From assembly GCA_016188575.1 (NCBI GenBank), contig JACPHN010000012.1:8197-72196 (forward strand): a DNA stretch of 64,000 bases. Reading direction: 5' to 3'. Numbering within the stretch: position 1 is the stretch's first letter; the number at the start of each line of letters is the position of its first letter. A program made the position numbers and the translations under genes. The DNA comes from Candidatus Schekmanbacteria bacterium. GTDB taxonomy: Bacteria; CSSED10-310; JACPHN01. The notes beneath the pieces were generated by a model. It was given only the letters and a program-made list of their open reading frames with translations, did not search any database and was not told the origin of the DNA. This document shows positions 49,432 to 59,375 of the stretch, one piece after another.

Positions 49432-51207
49432 CTAGCGCCCCGGTTCCTCGTGCATCGCTTTGAAATCCCGCAGGTTTGGCGCCCATAGATGCTTCACCGG
49501 GTCGACATCGACGTGCACCACCGCACACCGCCCCGCCCGGAGGCAACGCGCGAGCGCCCCACGCAGCGCCTGCGGGTCGCCGACACGCTCCGCGTATGCT
49601 CCCAGGGCGCGGCCCAGCTTGTCGAATTCGATCTCGCGGAAGTCGGTGTTGATGGTCTCATCCGGTCCCAACGATCGCAGCAGCAGCGTCTTGAGAGGTC
49701 GCAACGCAAACTGCTGGTTCATCTTGACCATTCCCCACTGCTTGTCGCACAGCACCAAAAAGATGACGTCGAGCCCATCGCGCACCGCGGTTTCGATCTC
49801 CTGGCAGTGCATGGCCATCGCCCCGTCACCGATGATGCAATAGACCGTGCGCGCGGGGTGAGCAACCTTGGCGCCCAGGGCCTGGCCGATCCCGGCACCG
49901 AGCATGCCCATCTTGAACGTCGTCAGCACCGAGCGCGGCGCGCGGACCTCGTGGTAAAACTGCGCCCAGATCGACGTATTGCCGCCGTCCACGACGAGGA
50001 TAGCGTCATCACCGAACACCTCCTGGCAGATGCCGGCGACGTGCGCGGAGCACATGGGCACGGAGGTGTCGGACAGTGCGCTGTCGAGCTTCTGGCGGCG
50101 CGCCCGGCAGGCGGCGCCAAGCCGCTCGACGAAGGCGCGGCGCTCCGGCATCGCCGCCGGCGGATTCAGCGCCTGCAGGCGCTCGAGGAGCGCGACGAGG
50201 AAAGATCTGGCGTCGGCCTGAATCGCGAGGTCGGCGGGTCTGTTAGCGCCGAGCGGATCGGGCTCGAGGTCAACGTGGATCAGACGTTGCTGCCGTGGAT
50301 CACCCCAGTAGGGCGGCTTTCCCCACCAGTCGGTCTCCCCCATCCGCGTGCCGACAGCCAGCACGACGTCCGCACCGCGGCGCGCCTCGTTGACCGCCTC
50401 GACATAGATCATGGGGACAGCGTGGCGAGCACGCTCGTCAACCGCCGACCGCCCCCCCCAGCTTGTCGTGATGGGCGCTTCCAGGAGCGCCGCCAGCGCC
50501 GCGAGCTCGCGACCCGCATCCCCATGCAGCACACCCGAGCCCGCATGAAGGAGCGGGCGACGCGCCTCGGCGAGCATCGCCGCGGCGGCGGCAACCGCAG
50601 CCGGGGACGGGTGCGGAAGCTCGGCGCGATAGGTCTCGGGCGCACGGAACCAGGCGTCGTCAGAGTCGAACGTGCCGTTCATGATGTTCTCCGGAACGTC
50701 GACGTGCACCACTCCAGGGCGCCCCATGAAGCAGGTCCGCAGCGCGCGCCTGAGAATCTCCGCGAGCCGGTCCGCCGCGGGAACCACGCAGCTCCACTTC
50801 GCCATCGACTTGATGACCTCGACGTGCGGGAAGTATTGAAAAGTGCCGCCCCGATCGGGATACGAAATCCCCGTTCGGCGGCAGCTCGTGATCAGCAAGA
50901 CGCGGTTTCCCTCCGCGTTTTCCACGGCGATCCCGGGCAAGATGTTGGCGACACCGGGTCCGTTGCTGGCGATGCAGACGCCGAGCTTTCCGGTAGACCG
51001 CGCGTACGCCCCGGCCATGTGCGCGGCGCAGGTTTCGTGGCGCGGGGATACGAGTCGGATGCCGTTTTCCGCCAGCTTCGAGTAGAACCCGAAGTAGGTT
51101 CCGTCGATGATGCCGAAGACGTGCTCGACGTGCTCGGCGGCGAGCATCCTGGCCGCGATTTCGCCGCCCTTGACGTGCTGCCGACTCGTGCTCGCGATGA
51201 GCGCCAT
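49432..51207 (-). CDS. thiamine-pyrophosphate-dependent enzyme (acetolactate-synthase/benzoylformate-decarboxylase-like)
   Basis: TPP_enzyme N/M/C pattern and the TPP-binding GDGAMAM motif. Start at MALIASTSRQ (ATG 51205-51207, GGGAGGA upstream); the track ORF to 51702 is an artefactual extension. Confidence 0.8.
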   Translation of the reverse strand: MALIASTSRQHVKGGEIAARMLAAEHVEHVFGIIDGTYFGFYSKLAENGIRLVSPRHETCAAHMAGAYARSTGKLGVCIASNGPGVANILPGIAVENAEGNRVLLITSCRRTGISYPDRGGTFQYFPHVEVIKSMAKWSCVVPAADRLAEILRRALRTCFMGRPGVVHVDVPENIMNGTFDSDDAWFRAPETYRAELPHPSPAAVAAAAAMLAEARRPLLHAGSGVLHGDAGRELAALAALLEAPITTSWGGRSAVDERARHAVPMIYVEAVNEARRGADVVLAVGTRMGETDWWGKPPYWGDPRQQRLIHVDLEPDPLGANRPADLAIQADARSFLVALLERLQALNPPAAMPERRAFVERLGAACRARRQKLDSALSDTSVPMCSAHVAGICQEVFGDDAILVVDGGNTSIWAQFYHEVRAPRSVLTTFKMGMLGAGIGQALGAKVAHPARTVYCIIGDGAMAMHCQEIETAVRDGLDVIFLVLCDKQWGMVKMNQQFALRPLKTLLLRSLGPDETINTDFREIEFDKLGRALGAYAERVGDPQALRGALARCLRAGRCAVVHVDVDPVKHLWAPNLRDFKAMHEEPGR

Positions 51208-51257
51208 GTGAGATCCTCCCGAAGTTGGAGCAATGCCGGGGCCGGGCCGGCGCGATG

Positions 51258-51273
51258 TTAACCGATCGGTTAA
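51258..51273 (-). promoter_or_regulatory. perfect 16-bp palindrome TTAACCGATCGGTTAA next to an AT-rich -10-like TATTAT; candidate TetR operator
   Basis: Palindrome ~50 bp upstream of the TPP-enzyme start codon, on the transcribed side of ATAATA (51274-51279). Confidence 0.45.
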
Positions 51274-51628
51274 ATAATAAGCATGCCAGGGCAATCGGTC
51301 AAGTGACAAGAGCGCAGAGCTCGCTCTATCCACCGCCGGTTCGCCGTCGCTGTGACAGTGACCCCCTCCCTCGCCCTGCAAGCGGCATAAGCGCCCGGAT
51401 AAGGAATGGCAGCGCGTAATAGCCATCCTCCGCTCACTGGAGGGAGGCCAGGAGAGGGGAACAACGGCGAGAAATTCCTCGGGCCCGAGGCAACCTCGGC
51501 CCCCCGACGGTCGCGGGGACGATCTCTGACCGGTTTGTGCAGCCTGACCTGCCGACATGCGTCGGGCAGGCTCGGCCAGGACTCGCCCGCGAGATCCCGC
51601 CTGGCGAGGCGCACAGGTCCCGACCCGA

Positions 51629-54600
51629 TCACTTCTCTGGATCTGGCCCGCGACGATCTTCCCGTCGCGCAACGGGACGAGCGGTCGAGCGACGCCGAGC
51701 ATGAGCGGGTCGCGGGACGCAAGGCAATCCGGCGGCGAGGAGCAACAGGCACAGAACCTTGGGGTCGAGCAACGGCACCCCGTCCGCGGCCGGGGCGGTT
51801 TCGCAGACCGTGTTGGAAAGCTGGCCGTCCTGGCCTCCCTTCGTCGCCTTCACGGCGAAGCAGTAGGTGTCTCCTGGCGAGAACAGGTTCGGAAAGGTAA
51901 GCGACGTTTGTCTGGAAACCTGGATCTGGCCCGAGAGCTGATCCGCGGATACCCCCCAATAGACAATGTAGTCGGTTGCTCGCGCGGCAGGCTGCCAGCT
52001 AAGGGTAGCGCTGTAGGCGCCCGCTCGCGGCAAGCGGCCCGCCAGAGCAGTGGTCGTCGCATCGGGCGCCGTCGCCGAGGGAGCTCCGAACATGATGCCC
52101 AGCGCCACCCCGCGCGCGATTCCGACCGGAGCGTCCACCACGAACGATGCTACGGGGCCGTCGGGAAGCGCATTGCCATCGGAGTCAGCGACGCGAATAA
52201 GCTGAAAGGTGTAGGACCCATCGGGCGCCAGCTCCCCGACTTCGTAGCTCGCAGTCGCATTCGTCGTTGAGCGCCACTCGAGGTCCACGTTCGCCACCTG
52301 AACGTCATCCTGAAGCACCAGGACGCGCCCTTGGTCCGTGCTCATCGGCCGGCTGAGCGCGATCGTCAGCCCGACAGTCTCGCTTCCCGCGATGGGTGGC
52401 GACGCCATCGCGCTCACGACGAAGGCGGGCGCGTCGGCTATGGGAACGGCCGAGGGGTTGTCCCAGAAGACCGAACCCCTCGCATAACTGTCCGCATGGT
52501 CGTAAATGCGCCGGGCGATCTCGAAGCCGTCGGTGGTCCCCCAGTAGCTCCCCTCCGCGTGAGCTCCCGGCCCCGGCCACGGCGGAGCCACGACATCGAA
52601 CAGCCCGGAACCGCCCGTGTTGTTCGCCGTGATGTTATTGGACTGGATCGAGGCGTACCCGTCGAGAAGCATACCGCCCCGATTGCCCGTAATCGTGTTG
52701 TTGGTGACGACCGCTTCGGCGGAGCGGATGCGCAGCGGATGCTCCGCGAGCCCCCCCGTGACGGACGACCCGTAGAGGATGGAGTCGCCGCCGAGATCGA
52801 TCCTGCCGATGCCGTCAAAGGAGCTATTCCGGACCGCCGCGGGAGCAAGCACGACCTCGTCGGCCACTCCGGCCATGCGACAATCCTGGATGAGGGGCCC
52901 CCCGGCAATTTCACCGCCGATGTACACCGCGCTGAGCCCTTCTGCAAGCTCGCAGTGCTCGAGAATCGATCCGCCGATGTAGCTCCCTTCGGCGTCGACG
53001 ACTCCGGGTTGCCCATCCGCGCCGAAGATGATCGTCACCCTGCAATAGGTGGAGCCGGCCTCACAGCTTTCCTTGTCGATCGGCGCAATCGTGATGGGTA
53101 GTCCTCCATCCGCGCCGCGGGCGATTAGGGTGCCGTCCACGAGCAGAAGCGCCAGGTGGTCGAAAAGGAGCTCCGCCCCCCCCACGATCTCCAGGCTCGC
53201 GCCAGACTTGACGTGCGTCGTGCCGACGAAGCGATAGCGTCCACCCGCGGGGAGACGGAGGATGCCGTCGACATCGCCGGTGATCTCCTGCGCGACCGGC
53301 AAGGTCACCGTCGACTGACGGTGAGGCTCCTGTGCGATGAGAATCGTCAAGTCCATCGACACGTCCCACGCGGAAACCTCCGAGCCGACCGTGACGAGAA
53401 AGGGAGCCCCGACATTGCTCAACTCGTCCCCCGACGGGGCTCGCGCAAAGGTCACCGCGGCGCTGCCGACCGTGACGCCCCGCTCGGTCGTTTCCAGCGT
53501 GGCCGTAACTCCCTCGGCGGAGAAGGTGGCATCGCTCAGGTGCACAATCAACCCAACCGTCTCGCCGTGCTCGGCGGCACCGTCGCCATCGCAAGATGGA
53601 CAGCCGGGCGTTGGGGAGTCGTCGACGTCGACATCGGTGACTTGTAGATTCAGGGGCGGGGTCGCAGTCAGCGCCGCGTGGGCGTCCACCAATCTGACTC
53701 TGACTGCGGACTCTTCCCGGTAAGGCGCGGTGTGCACGACTTGCAGAGCGGCTCGGCGAATGTCCCAGTCGGGATGAAGCGACACGACCAGCGCGATCAC
53801 GCCCGCGACGTGTGGTGCGGCCATGCTGGTCCCTTCCCATGAGGAATAGGTCTGGCCGGTCATGGTCGACCAGATTCCCGTGCCGGGGGCGTAGACATCC
53901 ACCCAATCCCCGTAGTTGGAAAAGGGCGCGCGCCCGCCCGACGTGTCGGTTGCGCCGACACCGATCACGTGGTCGTAGGCGGCGGGGTATGTAGGCGCTT
54001 CCCAGCCGTCGTTGCCGGCAGCTCCGACGCAGACCATCCCGGCGGTCTCCGCGGCCGCGTCGACCGCCTCGCGGACCGCCTCGGAGCTCGTATGGAAACC
54101 GAGCGCCAGAACGGCCACCTTGGCGTCGCCTTCGGCCGCCTTCAGGATCCCCTCGGCAACCAGGGACACGGTACTGGCTCCTCCCATTCCGAGCACCTTG
54201 ATCGGCAAGATTCGACAGCCCCAGCACACTCCGGCGATTCCCCTGCTGTTGTTTCCGTCCGCTGCCGCTATTCCCGCCACGTGCGTGCCGTGCCCGGAAT
54301 CGTCATACAAAGGGCGCGCCGAGCTGGGAGAACCGTTGACCAGATCCCACCCGGGAATGGTGAGCAGGCGATCGGCCGAGAAGTCGGGGTGGTCGGCGGC
54401 GAGGCCGCTGTCAATCACGGCGATGGTCACCGACGAGTCGCCGGTCGTGACCTCCCAGGCCTCGGGTGCGTTGATGTCGACGTTCACGTGGGAATCCGGG
54501 GTCGTAGGGGAGTCCAGGCCCCACTGGGAGCTAAACTTGGGGTCGTCGGGTACGAGGCCGGCTGCGGTGACCACCGCATCGAGCTCTGCCCATTCGACAT

Positions 54601-55054
54601 CCGCGTTTTGGGCCAGGTCTCGCTGCGCCGCGGCCGCCTCCCCGGAATCGTCGAAGCTCAGGATGAGCGTGCGCAGCAGCCCCCCGATGGCTTCCGCTCC
54701 GGCTACGGCTCGCTCGTCTCGGCGGTTGAGAGATTTCATGCGCAGCGCGAGAAGAGCCGCGCGCGAGCGGTACAATGGCCGGACCGCCGTGGCACCGAAT
54801 GCGAACCGATCGACCTCAGCCGGCACGCCCGCAGCCTGCAGCCGCTGGCCGAGGCTCGATCCCGCGCTCAGCTTGACGATTACCTGTGCCGGTACCGGCT
54901 CCTTTCCGCCGGCGCGCCCGGCGGGCAGCGTCAGGGTCATCGCCGCGAGAACGACGAAGGCCAGACGGGCCACCGCTGCGGCCCGGAAGAGACCCTGGCG
55001 CCCGAGGACGCGACCACGACTCCAAGGATCTCGACAACTATTCGCACTGCTCAC
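51629..55054 (-). CDS. large secreted subtilisin-like S8 peptidase with beta-helix repeats and C-terminal FN3-like domain
   Basis: S8 triad motifs DSGLAADHPDF / HGTHVAGIAA / GTSMAAPHVAGV. Long parallel beta-helix-like Gly/Asn-rich repeats. FN3-like C-terminus. GTG start at 55054. Confidence 0.8.
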   Translation of the reverse strand: MSSANSCRDPWSRGRVLGRQGLFRAAAVARLAFVVLAAMTLTLPAGRAGGKEPVPAQVIVKLSAGSSLGQRLQAAGVPAEVDRFAFGATAVRPLYRSRAALLALRMKSLNRRDERAVAGAEAIGGLLRTLILSFDDSGEAAAAQRDLAQNADVEWAELDAVVTAAGLVPDDPKFSSQWGLDSPTTPDSHVNVDINAPEAWEVTTGDSSVTIAVIDSGLAADHPDFSADRLLTIPGWDLVNGSPSSARPLYDDSGHGTHVAGIAAADGNNSRGIAGVCWGCRILPIKVLGMGGASTVSLVAEGILKAAEGDAKVAVLALGFHTSSEAVREAVDAAAETAGMVCVGAAGNDGWEAPTYPAAYDHVIGVGATDTSGGRAPFSNYGDWVDVYAPGTGIWSTMTGQTYSSWEGTSMAAPHVAGVIALVVSLHPDWDIRRAALQVVHTAPYREESAVRVRLVDAHAALTATPPLNLQVTDVDVDDSPTPGCPSCDGDGAAEHGETVGLIVHLSDATFSAEGVTATLETTERGVTVGSAAVTFARAPSGDELSNVGAPFLVTVGSEVSAWDVSMDLTILIAQEPHRQSTVTLPVAQEITGDVDGILRLPAGGRYRFVGTTHVKSGASLEIVGGAELLFDHLALLLVDGTLIARGADGGLPITIAPIDKESCEAGSTYCRVTIIFGADGQPGVVDAEGSYIGGSILEHCELAEGLSAVYIGGEIAGGPLIQDCRMAGVADEVVLAPAAVRNSSFDGIGRIDLGGDSILYGSSVTGGLAEHPLRIRSAEAVVTNNTITGNRGGMLLDGYASIQSNNITANNTGGSGLFDVVAPPWPGPGAHAEGSYWGTTDGFEIARRIYDHADSYARGSVFWDNPSAVPIADAPAFVVSAMASPPIAGSETVGLTIALSRPMSTDQGRVLVLQDDVQVANVDLEWRSTTNATASYEVGELAPDGSYTFQLIRVADSDGNALPDGPVASFVVDAPVGIARGVALGIMFGAPSATAPDATTTALAGRLPRAGAYSATLSWQPAARATDYIVYWGVSADQLSGQIQVSRQTSLTFPNLFSPGDTYCFAVKATKGGQDGQLSNTVCETAPAADGVPLLDPKVLCLLLLAAGLPCVPRPAHARRRSTARPVARREDRRGPDPEK

Positions 55055-55275
55055 CTCTGGCTCCTCCGTATGCGAACGAAAAGGCCCCCGGGGGAGGGTT
55101 CACCCCAGGGAATCGACGCCTACCCGGCGTGCTGCCCTCGATTATCATTGTGGTCCGTCGCAGGAAATTCGGCCAGCCACCGGCCCGCCCACGGGAGTGG
55201 CCAGGCCGGGAAAGGAAACGCCGCGCTGCTTGCCCACCGGGTGGCCCGGCCCGGGTTGATAGTTTCCGGGTAAAT

Positions 55276-55314
55276 GTTCACCCCCTCCCCCCCAGGCGGA
55301 GGGAGGGGGTGAAC
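55276..55314 (-). terminator. perfect 14-bp-stem GC-rich hairpin (GTTCACCCCCTCCC-N11-GGGAGGGGGTGAAC) 20 bp downstream of the FG-GAP protease gene; related to the core of the dispersed repeat
   Basis: Inverted repeat read directly from the sequence. No strong U-tract (ATTTACCC follows on the minus strand). Confidence 0.45.
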
Positions 55315-55333
55315 AGATACGTTTCCCGCCGTT

Positions 55334-58009
55334 TCAGTCGAGGTCGACGAGCTCCGAGCCGGCATTGCAAATCCCGGCGTAACACCCGCTCATCACGTGA
55401 GCGACCCCGGCATCATCCCACTTGAAATCCTCTCCCGGCACCCCGATAACCAGCTCCTCCCGCCAATCCGAATCGAGGTCGCCGGCCAGGAGCGCCGCTC
55501 CAAAGCGGTCCCCTGATTCCGCAACTCCCGCCGAAGCGATCGTGTCCTGATGCCACAACTGGTCCTCGGCGGCATGCAGGCCGCTCGGCTTGCCCCGAAT
55601 GATGATGACCCCACCAGCGTTCTGGATGGAGCCGACAGCTTCTCCAGGGATGCCGATGGCCAGATCCGCGCTACCATCTCCGATAAGGTCACCGGCGGCG
55701 AGGCTGGCGCCAAGCAGGTCACCAGCTTCCGAAACGCCGGCAATTCCCGGGCTGTTCTGTGTCCACCGCTGATTGCCCGCGCTCGACAGACCGCAAGCCT
55801 GTCCGTAAAGGACGGCCACTGCTCCCGCGTCCTCGGCGCCGTCTACGAGCTGCCCGGGAATGCCGACCGCCAGATCGTCGAACCCATCCCCGTCGAAGTC
55901 AGCGGCAGCCACGGACCTTCCGTAGAAGTCTCCGAGCTCCGCGGCGCCTTCGAGGCCAGCCAAGCCCTCGTACCACTGCTGGCTTTCGGCGCTGCCGGCA
56001 CCCATGCTCGGACTCCCGTACAGCACGTGTATCGCCCCGGCATTCCGCTGCGTGGCGACCGCTTCGCCGGGGGCGCCGACGACCAGGTCCGCGAGCTGAT
56101 CGCCGTTGAAGTCTCCCGACGTCAGGCTGGCGCCAAAAAGATCGCCGGCCTCCGCCACGCCGGCGATCCCGGTGCTGTTCTGGCTCCACAGTTGGCCAGC
56201 AACCAGGCCTCGACCGGTCCCGAAAAGGACATTGACGGCCCCGGCGAAGTCCTTCCCGTCCACGTTCTCGCCGGGGACGCCAATGGCCAGATCGTCGTGG
56301 CCGTTGCCGTCGAAGTCGCCGCTGGTGAGCGCGGCGCCAAACCGGTCTCCGGTCTCTGCCACGCCTGGAACCTGATCGCTGTCCTGGTGCCAGCGCTGGC
56401 TGGCCTTGTACGTGAGGCCGGCTGGCGCGCCGTAGAGCACCACGACGGCGCCGGCGGCCGCCTTCCCGTTGAGCGATTCACCCGGAGCTCCAATGGCGAG
56501 GTCGTCACATGTGTCCCCGTTGAAATCCGCCGCTGACAGCGCGGCGCCAAAGCCATCGCCGGCCTCGCTTTTGCCTTTCACACCCGGCGTATCCTGGGTA
56601 ATCGTCTCATCGGGCTCGCTGGCAAAGGGCCTGGGGCCCCAGTAGACGACCACCCCGCCCGAGCCTACTTTTCCGTCTCGATCTCGGTCCGGCTCACCAA
56701 GCGCCAGATCCTGGTTGCCATCGCAGTTGAAGTCGCCGATCGCCATGCTGGAGCCGAGCTCCGCTCCGTGTCGGGCGAAGAGCAGGCGATTCGGAGAACC
56801 GGCGCCGATGTTGGAGAGCGCGCCCGTCGTCGCGGTGCCGAGGATCCAGGCGGCGACCTCGTCCGGATGAGCCGCGGGATGCTCGCCCAGGTACTGCGCC
56901 GCTACTCCAGCGACGTGGGGCGCGGCCATCGAGGTCCCTCTCATCGTTTTCGTTGCAGTCGAACTGGCGAGGCCGGCTGACTTGATGCCGGCACCCGGAG
57001 CAAAGATGTCCACGCATGCCCCGAAGTTCGACCCCTTCGCATCGCCTTCGTCCGTCTTCCCCCAGTCGTCCACGTCGGGACGCCGGTCCGTCTCATCCAC
57101 CGCTCCGACCGTCAGCAGCCGAGCGACGCGGGCAGGCGACCGGTTGCAAGCATCCGCATCCTGATTTCCGGCGGCGACGACCACCGTGATGCCGACGTTC
57201 CACAAGCTCAGCACGCTCTCGTCGACGGCCTCGTTCGCATTGAAGCTGAGGCTCATGTTGGCGACTGCCGGGGCGATGTGGTGCTCGATCGTCCACTCCA
57301 CACCGGAAATCAGGTGCTCACTGTTGGCCTTGACAACTTTCGCGCAGTCGAAAATGCGCACTGGATGCACGATCGCCTGCCGCGCGACCCCTAGGGTCTC
57401 ACCCAATGCAATTGCCGCCACGTGGGTGCCATGCCCTTTTTCGCAGTCGGCCGTACCGTTTCCGTCCTGGATGAGGTCCTTCCCATTTCCGACGCGGCCG
57501 GCAAATTCGGTGTGTGCCGCATACAGCCCGCTGTCGAAGACGTAAACGTGAACGCCCGTTCCAGCGCTGCCGTACGTGTAGCCGGAATCCAGAGGCAGGT
57601 GTCGCTGGTCGATGCGATCGAGCCCCCAGGCCCCGTTCACCACGGCCTCCTCGACTTCGCCCACGACCACCGGGGAAATGTACCGAACGGCAGCATCTTT
57701 CCGGAGCTCTTCGAGGGCGGCCTCGTCGAGCTGGGCAGAGAATCCCTCGAGCGCGAGCGCGAACGCGCGGCGGGTGGAAACGCCGCGAGCCTTCGCGAAG
57801 TCACGCACGCGCTGCCTTCTGGTTTCCGGATCCGAGATTTCATTCCGGTCTCCGGCCGTCCCGCTCTCCAGCGCCACTATGTAGAGACCCGGGATTTCCC
57901 GAGCGGGCGCCGGAGGGGCCGGAAACTGGCCGACCTCCGCTCTGGCGAAGACGGAGGTGAGGACGAAGAGTGCGCTGATTTTGCAGCCGAGCTTTTTTGA
58001 TCCAGTCAT
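55334..58009 (-). CDS. secreted proteinase-K-like S8 peptidase with I9 propeptide and C-terminal FG-GAP (integrin-alpha-like) repeats
   Basis: I9-like N-terminal region. S8 motifs VYVFDSGLY / HGTHVAAIA / GTSMAAPHVAGV. At least six GDFNGDGxDDLAIGxPG FG-GAP repeats. ATG 58007-58009 (the track M at 58027 is a TTG). Confidence 0.8.
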   Translation of the reverse strand: MTGSKKLGCKISALFVLTSVFARAEVGQFPAPPAPAREIPGLYIVALESGTAGDRNEISDPETRRQRVRDFAKARGVSTRRAFALALEGFSAQLDEAALEELRKDAAVRYISPVVVGEVEEAVVNGAWGLDRIDQRHLPLDSGYTYGSAGTGVHVYVFDSGLYAAHTEFAGRVGNGKDLIQDGNGTADCEKGHGTHVAAIALGETLGVARQAIVHPVRIFDCAKVVKANSEHLISGVEWTIEHHIAPAVANMSLSFNANEAVDESVLSLWNVGITVVVAAGNQDADACNRSPARVARLLTVGAVDETDRRPDVDDWGKTDEGDAKGSNFGACVDIFAPGAGIKSAGLASSTATKTMRGTSMAAPHVAGVAAQYLGEHPAAHPDEVAAWILGTATTGALSNIGAGSPNRLLFARHGAELGSSMAIGDFNCDGNQDLALGEPDRDRDGKVGSGGVVVYWGPRPFASEPDETITQDTPGVKGKSEAGDGFGAALSAADFNGDTCDDLAIGAPGESLNGKAAAGAVVVLYGAPAGLTYKASQRWHQDSDQVPGVAETGDRFGAALTSGDFDGNGHDDLAIGVPGENVDGKDFAGAVNVLFGTGRGLVAGQLWSQNSTGIAGVAEAGDLFGASLTSGDFNGDQLADLVVGAPGEAVATQRNAGAIHVLYGSPSMGAGSAESQQWYEGLAGLEGAAELGDFYGRSVAAADFDGDGFDDLAVGIPGQLVDGAEDAGAVAVLYGQACGLSSAGNQRWTQNSPGIAGVSEAGDLLGASLAAGDLIGDGSADLAIGIPGEAVGSIQNAGGVIIIRGKPSGLHAAEDQLWHQDTIASAGVAESGDRFGAALLAGDLDSDWREELVIGVPGEDFKWDDAGVAHVMSGCYAGICNAGSELVDLD

Positions 58010-58062
58010 GGGATGTCTTTCTCGCAAGGTGATTTGAGGCGGAGCTTTCAGGGTGGCTGACA

Positions 58063-58084
58063 GGGGGACCCGGGCGGGTCCCCC
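58063..58084 (-). terminator. GC-rich hairpin (GGGGGACCC-GGGC-GGGTCCCCC) just downstream of the metalloprotease gene
   Basis: 9-bp perfect stem, 4-nt loop, 20 bp past the stop of the 58105..59322 gene. Confidence 0.4.
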
Positions 58085-58104
58085 GAACGACGCCCTACCC
58101 AGAC

Positions 58105-59322
58105 CTACCAGGCCGAGCTCTCCAGGCAGTTGTGGTAGACCAGCGCCGCCGTATCGATTTTCTCACCGCCATTTCCGTAGAGGCCGTGATAGTAGAAGTC
58201 CCAGACGTTGGTGCCTTTCGTGCTGTCGCTCTTGTTCTCTCCGTCTTGTCGGTTGTTCGTCCCCTTGGGGAAAAAGTTGAGCTTGTCGAAGAACCACCAC
58301 AGTGGCTGCGAAGCGGAAGCATCATGCGTGCTGTCATACACATCCCAAAAGTATCTTGCTACGTTCGATTCCGTTTTCTCCGCATCGCCGGTGCACGTTT
58401 CGCCCTCGATGTCGTATCCGTAACTGGTCGGTTTCTTCGCTGACGGGTAGAAGAAGGTTGCCGCCGCGACAAAGTTGGCCCATCCCTCTCCGAAGGCGCA
58501 GGATTCAGTTTCCGCCGAATTCCAGCTATGCCCGCCGATACAGCTATAGTCGAGGCTGTCGCGCTCCCACGCCAGCATGTTGACGACGTGACCGAGCTCG
58601 TGGGCCATGGTGCTGTTGTTGAACGCGTAGCCACTGTCGGGCATCCCAATCTTCGTGCGGCTGTAGGTAGCCCCGGTCTTTGCAGAGGGATACGGAAAGT
58701 GGATGTTTACACCCGCCATATACTCCCAGAGGTAGGCGGACGCGGTCCCGACGTTGGTCAGGAAGTTCGCGGCGGTCGCGAACATGTTGGACAGCTTGTG
58801 CGGGTTCGCCTTGGTACCGAGGTACCGATTACCAATGTCGACCGTCTGTCCGCTCTTTCCCGTCTTGTATCCGGAGTACAGGGCACTGACCCATTTGCCC
58901 CCTTCTGTGGTGACGAATCGAAAGCGCGGGGTGCCGTTCTTTTCGTGACCGGATTCGTATCGAAACTCGGCGTGCAGGCTCGGGCTCGAAGAGGAAGACG
59001 TCCAGCTCACGTTGAAGCTACCGGTGCCGTCAGTCTTTGCTGTGCCTACGACGTTGCCGTTCTTGTCAAGCAGGTAGATTTTCGCGTGGGGAACGCCGCG
59101 CCACGTATACTTGTCCGCGGTGAGGTAGACCGCCCCGTCTCCGGGTTGAGCAGCATAGTACCTGTACTCGTAGTAAAGAATGCGGCCCTTCATTGCCCCG
59201 GTGTATGAGGCCGCCAGAGCTGGCGTTGCTGGAGCGAGCAGGGCGATGGTGCACGTGGCCGCGGAAAGGAAGGCGAGGAGGCAGCGAAGCATGTTTCTTT
59301 TGCTCATGGTAAGACCTTTCAT
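58105..59322 (-). CDS. secreted zinc metalloprotease (HExxH)
   Basis: Signal peptide (MLRCLLAFLSAATCTIALLAPATPALA), MAHELGHVVN zinc-binding motif. Noticeably lower GC than its neighbours. Alternative ATG start at 59307. Confidence 0.7.
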   Translation of the reverse strand: MKGLTMSKRNMLRCLLAFLSAATCTIALLAPATPALAASYTGAMKGRILYYEYRYYAAQPGDGAVYLTADKYTWRGVPHAKIYLLDKNGNVVGTAKTDGTGSFNVSWTSSSSSPSLHAEFRYESGHEKNGTPRFRFVTTEGGKWVSALYSGYKTGKSGQTVDIGNRYLGTKANPHKLSNMFATAANFLTNVGTASAYLWEYMAGVNIHFPYPSAKTGATYSRTKIGMPDSGYAFNNSTMAHELGHVVNMLAWERDSLDYSCIGGHSWNSAETESCAFGEGWANFVAAATFFYPSAKKPTSYGYDIEGETCTGDAEKTESNVARYFWDVYDSTHDASASQPLWWFFDKLNFFPKGTNNRQDGENKSDSTKGTNVWDFYYHGLYGNGGEKIDTAALVYHNCLESSAW

Positions 59323-59375
59323 GGGTGTTTTTTGGGTTCAGGGGAGTTGATGGAAGGATGCGGTGCGCGGGATTC

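Noticed and set aside
51208-51702. N-terminal 165-aa extension of the TPP-enzyme ORF
   Set aside because: Low-complexity Arg/Gly-rich. The conserved TPP-enzyme N-terminus begins at MALIASTSRQ with a GGGAGGA RBS.
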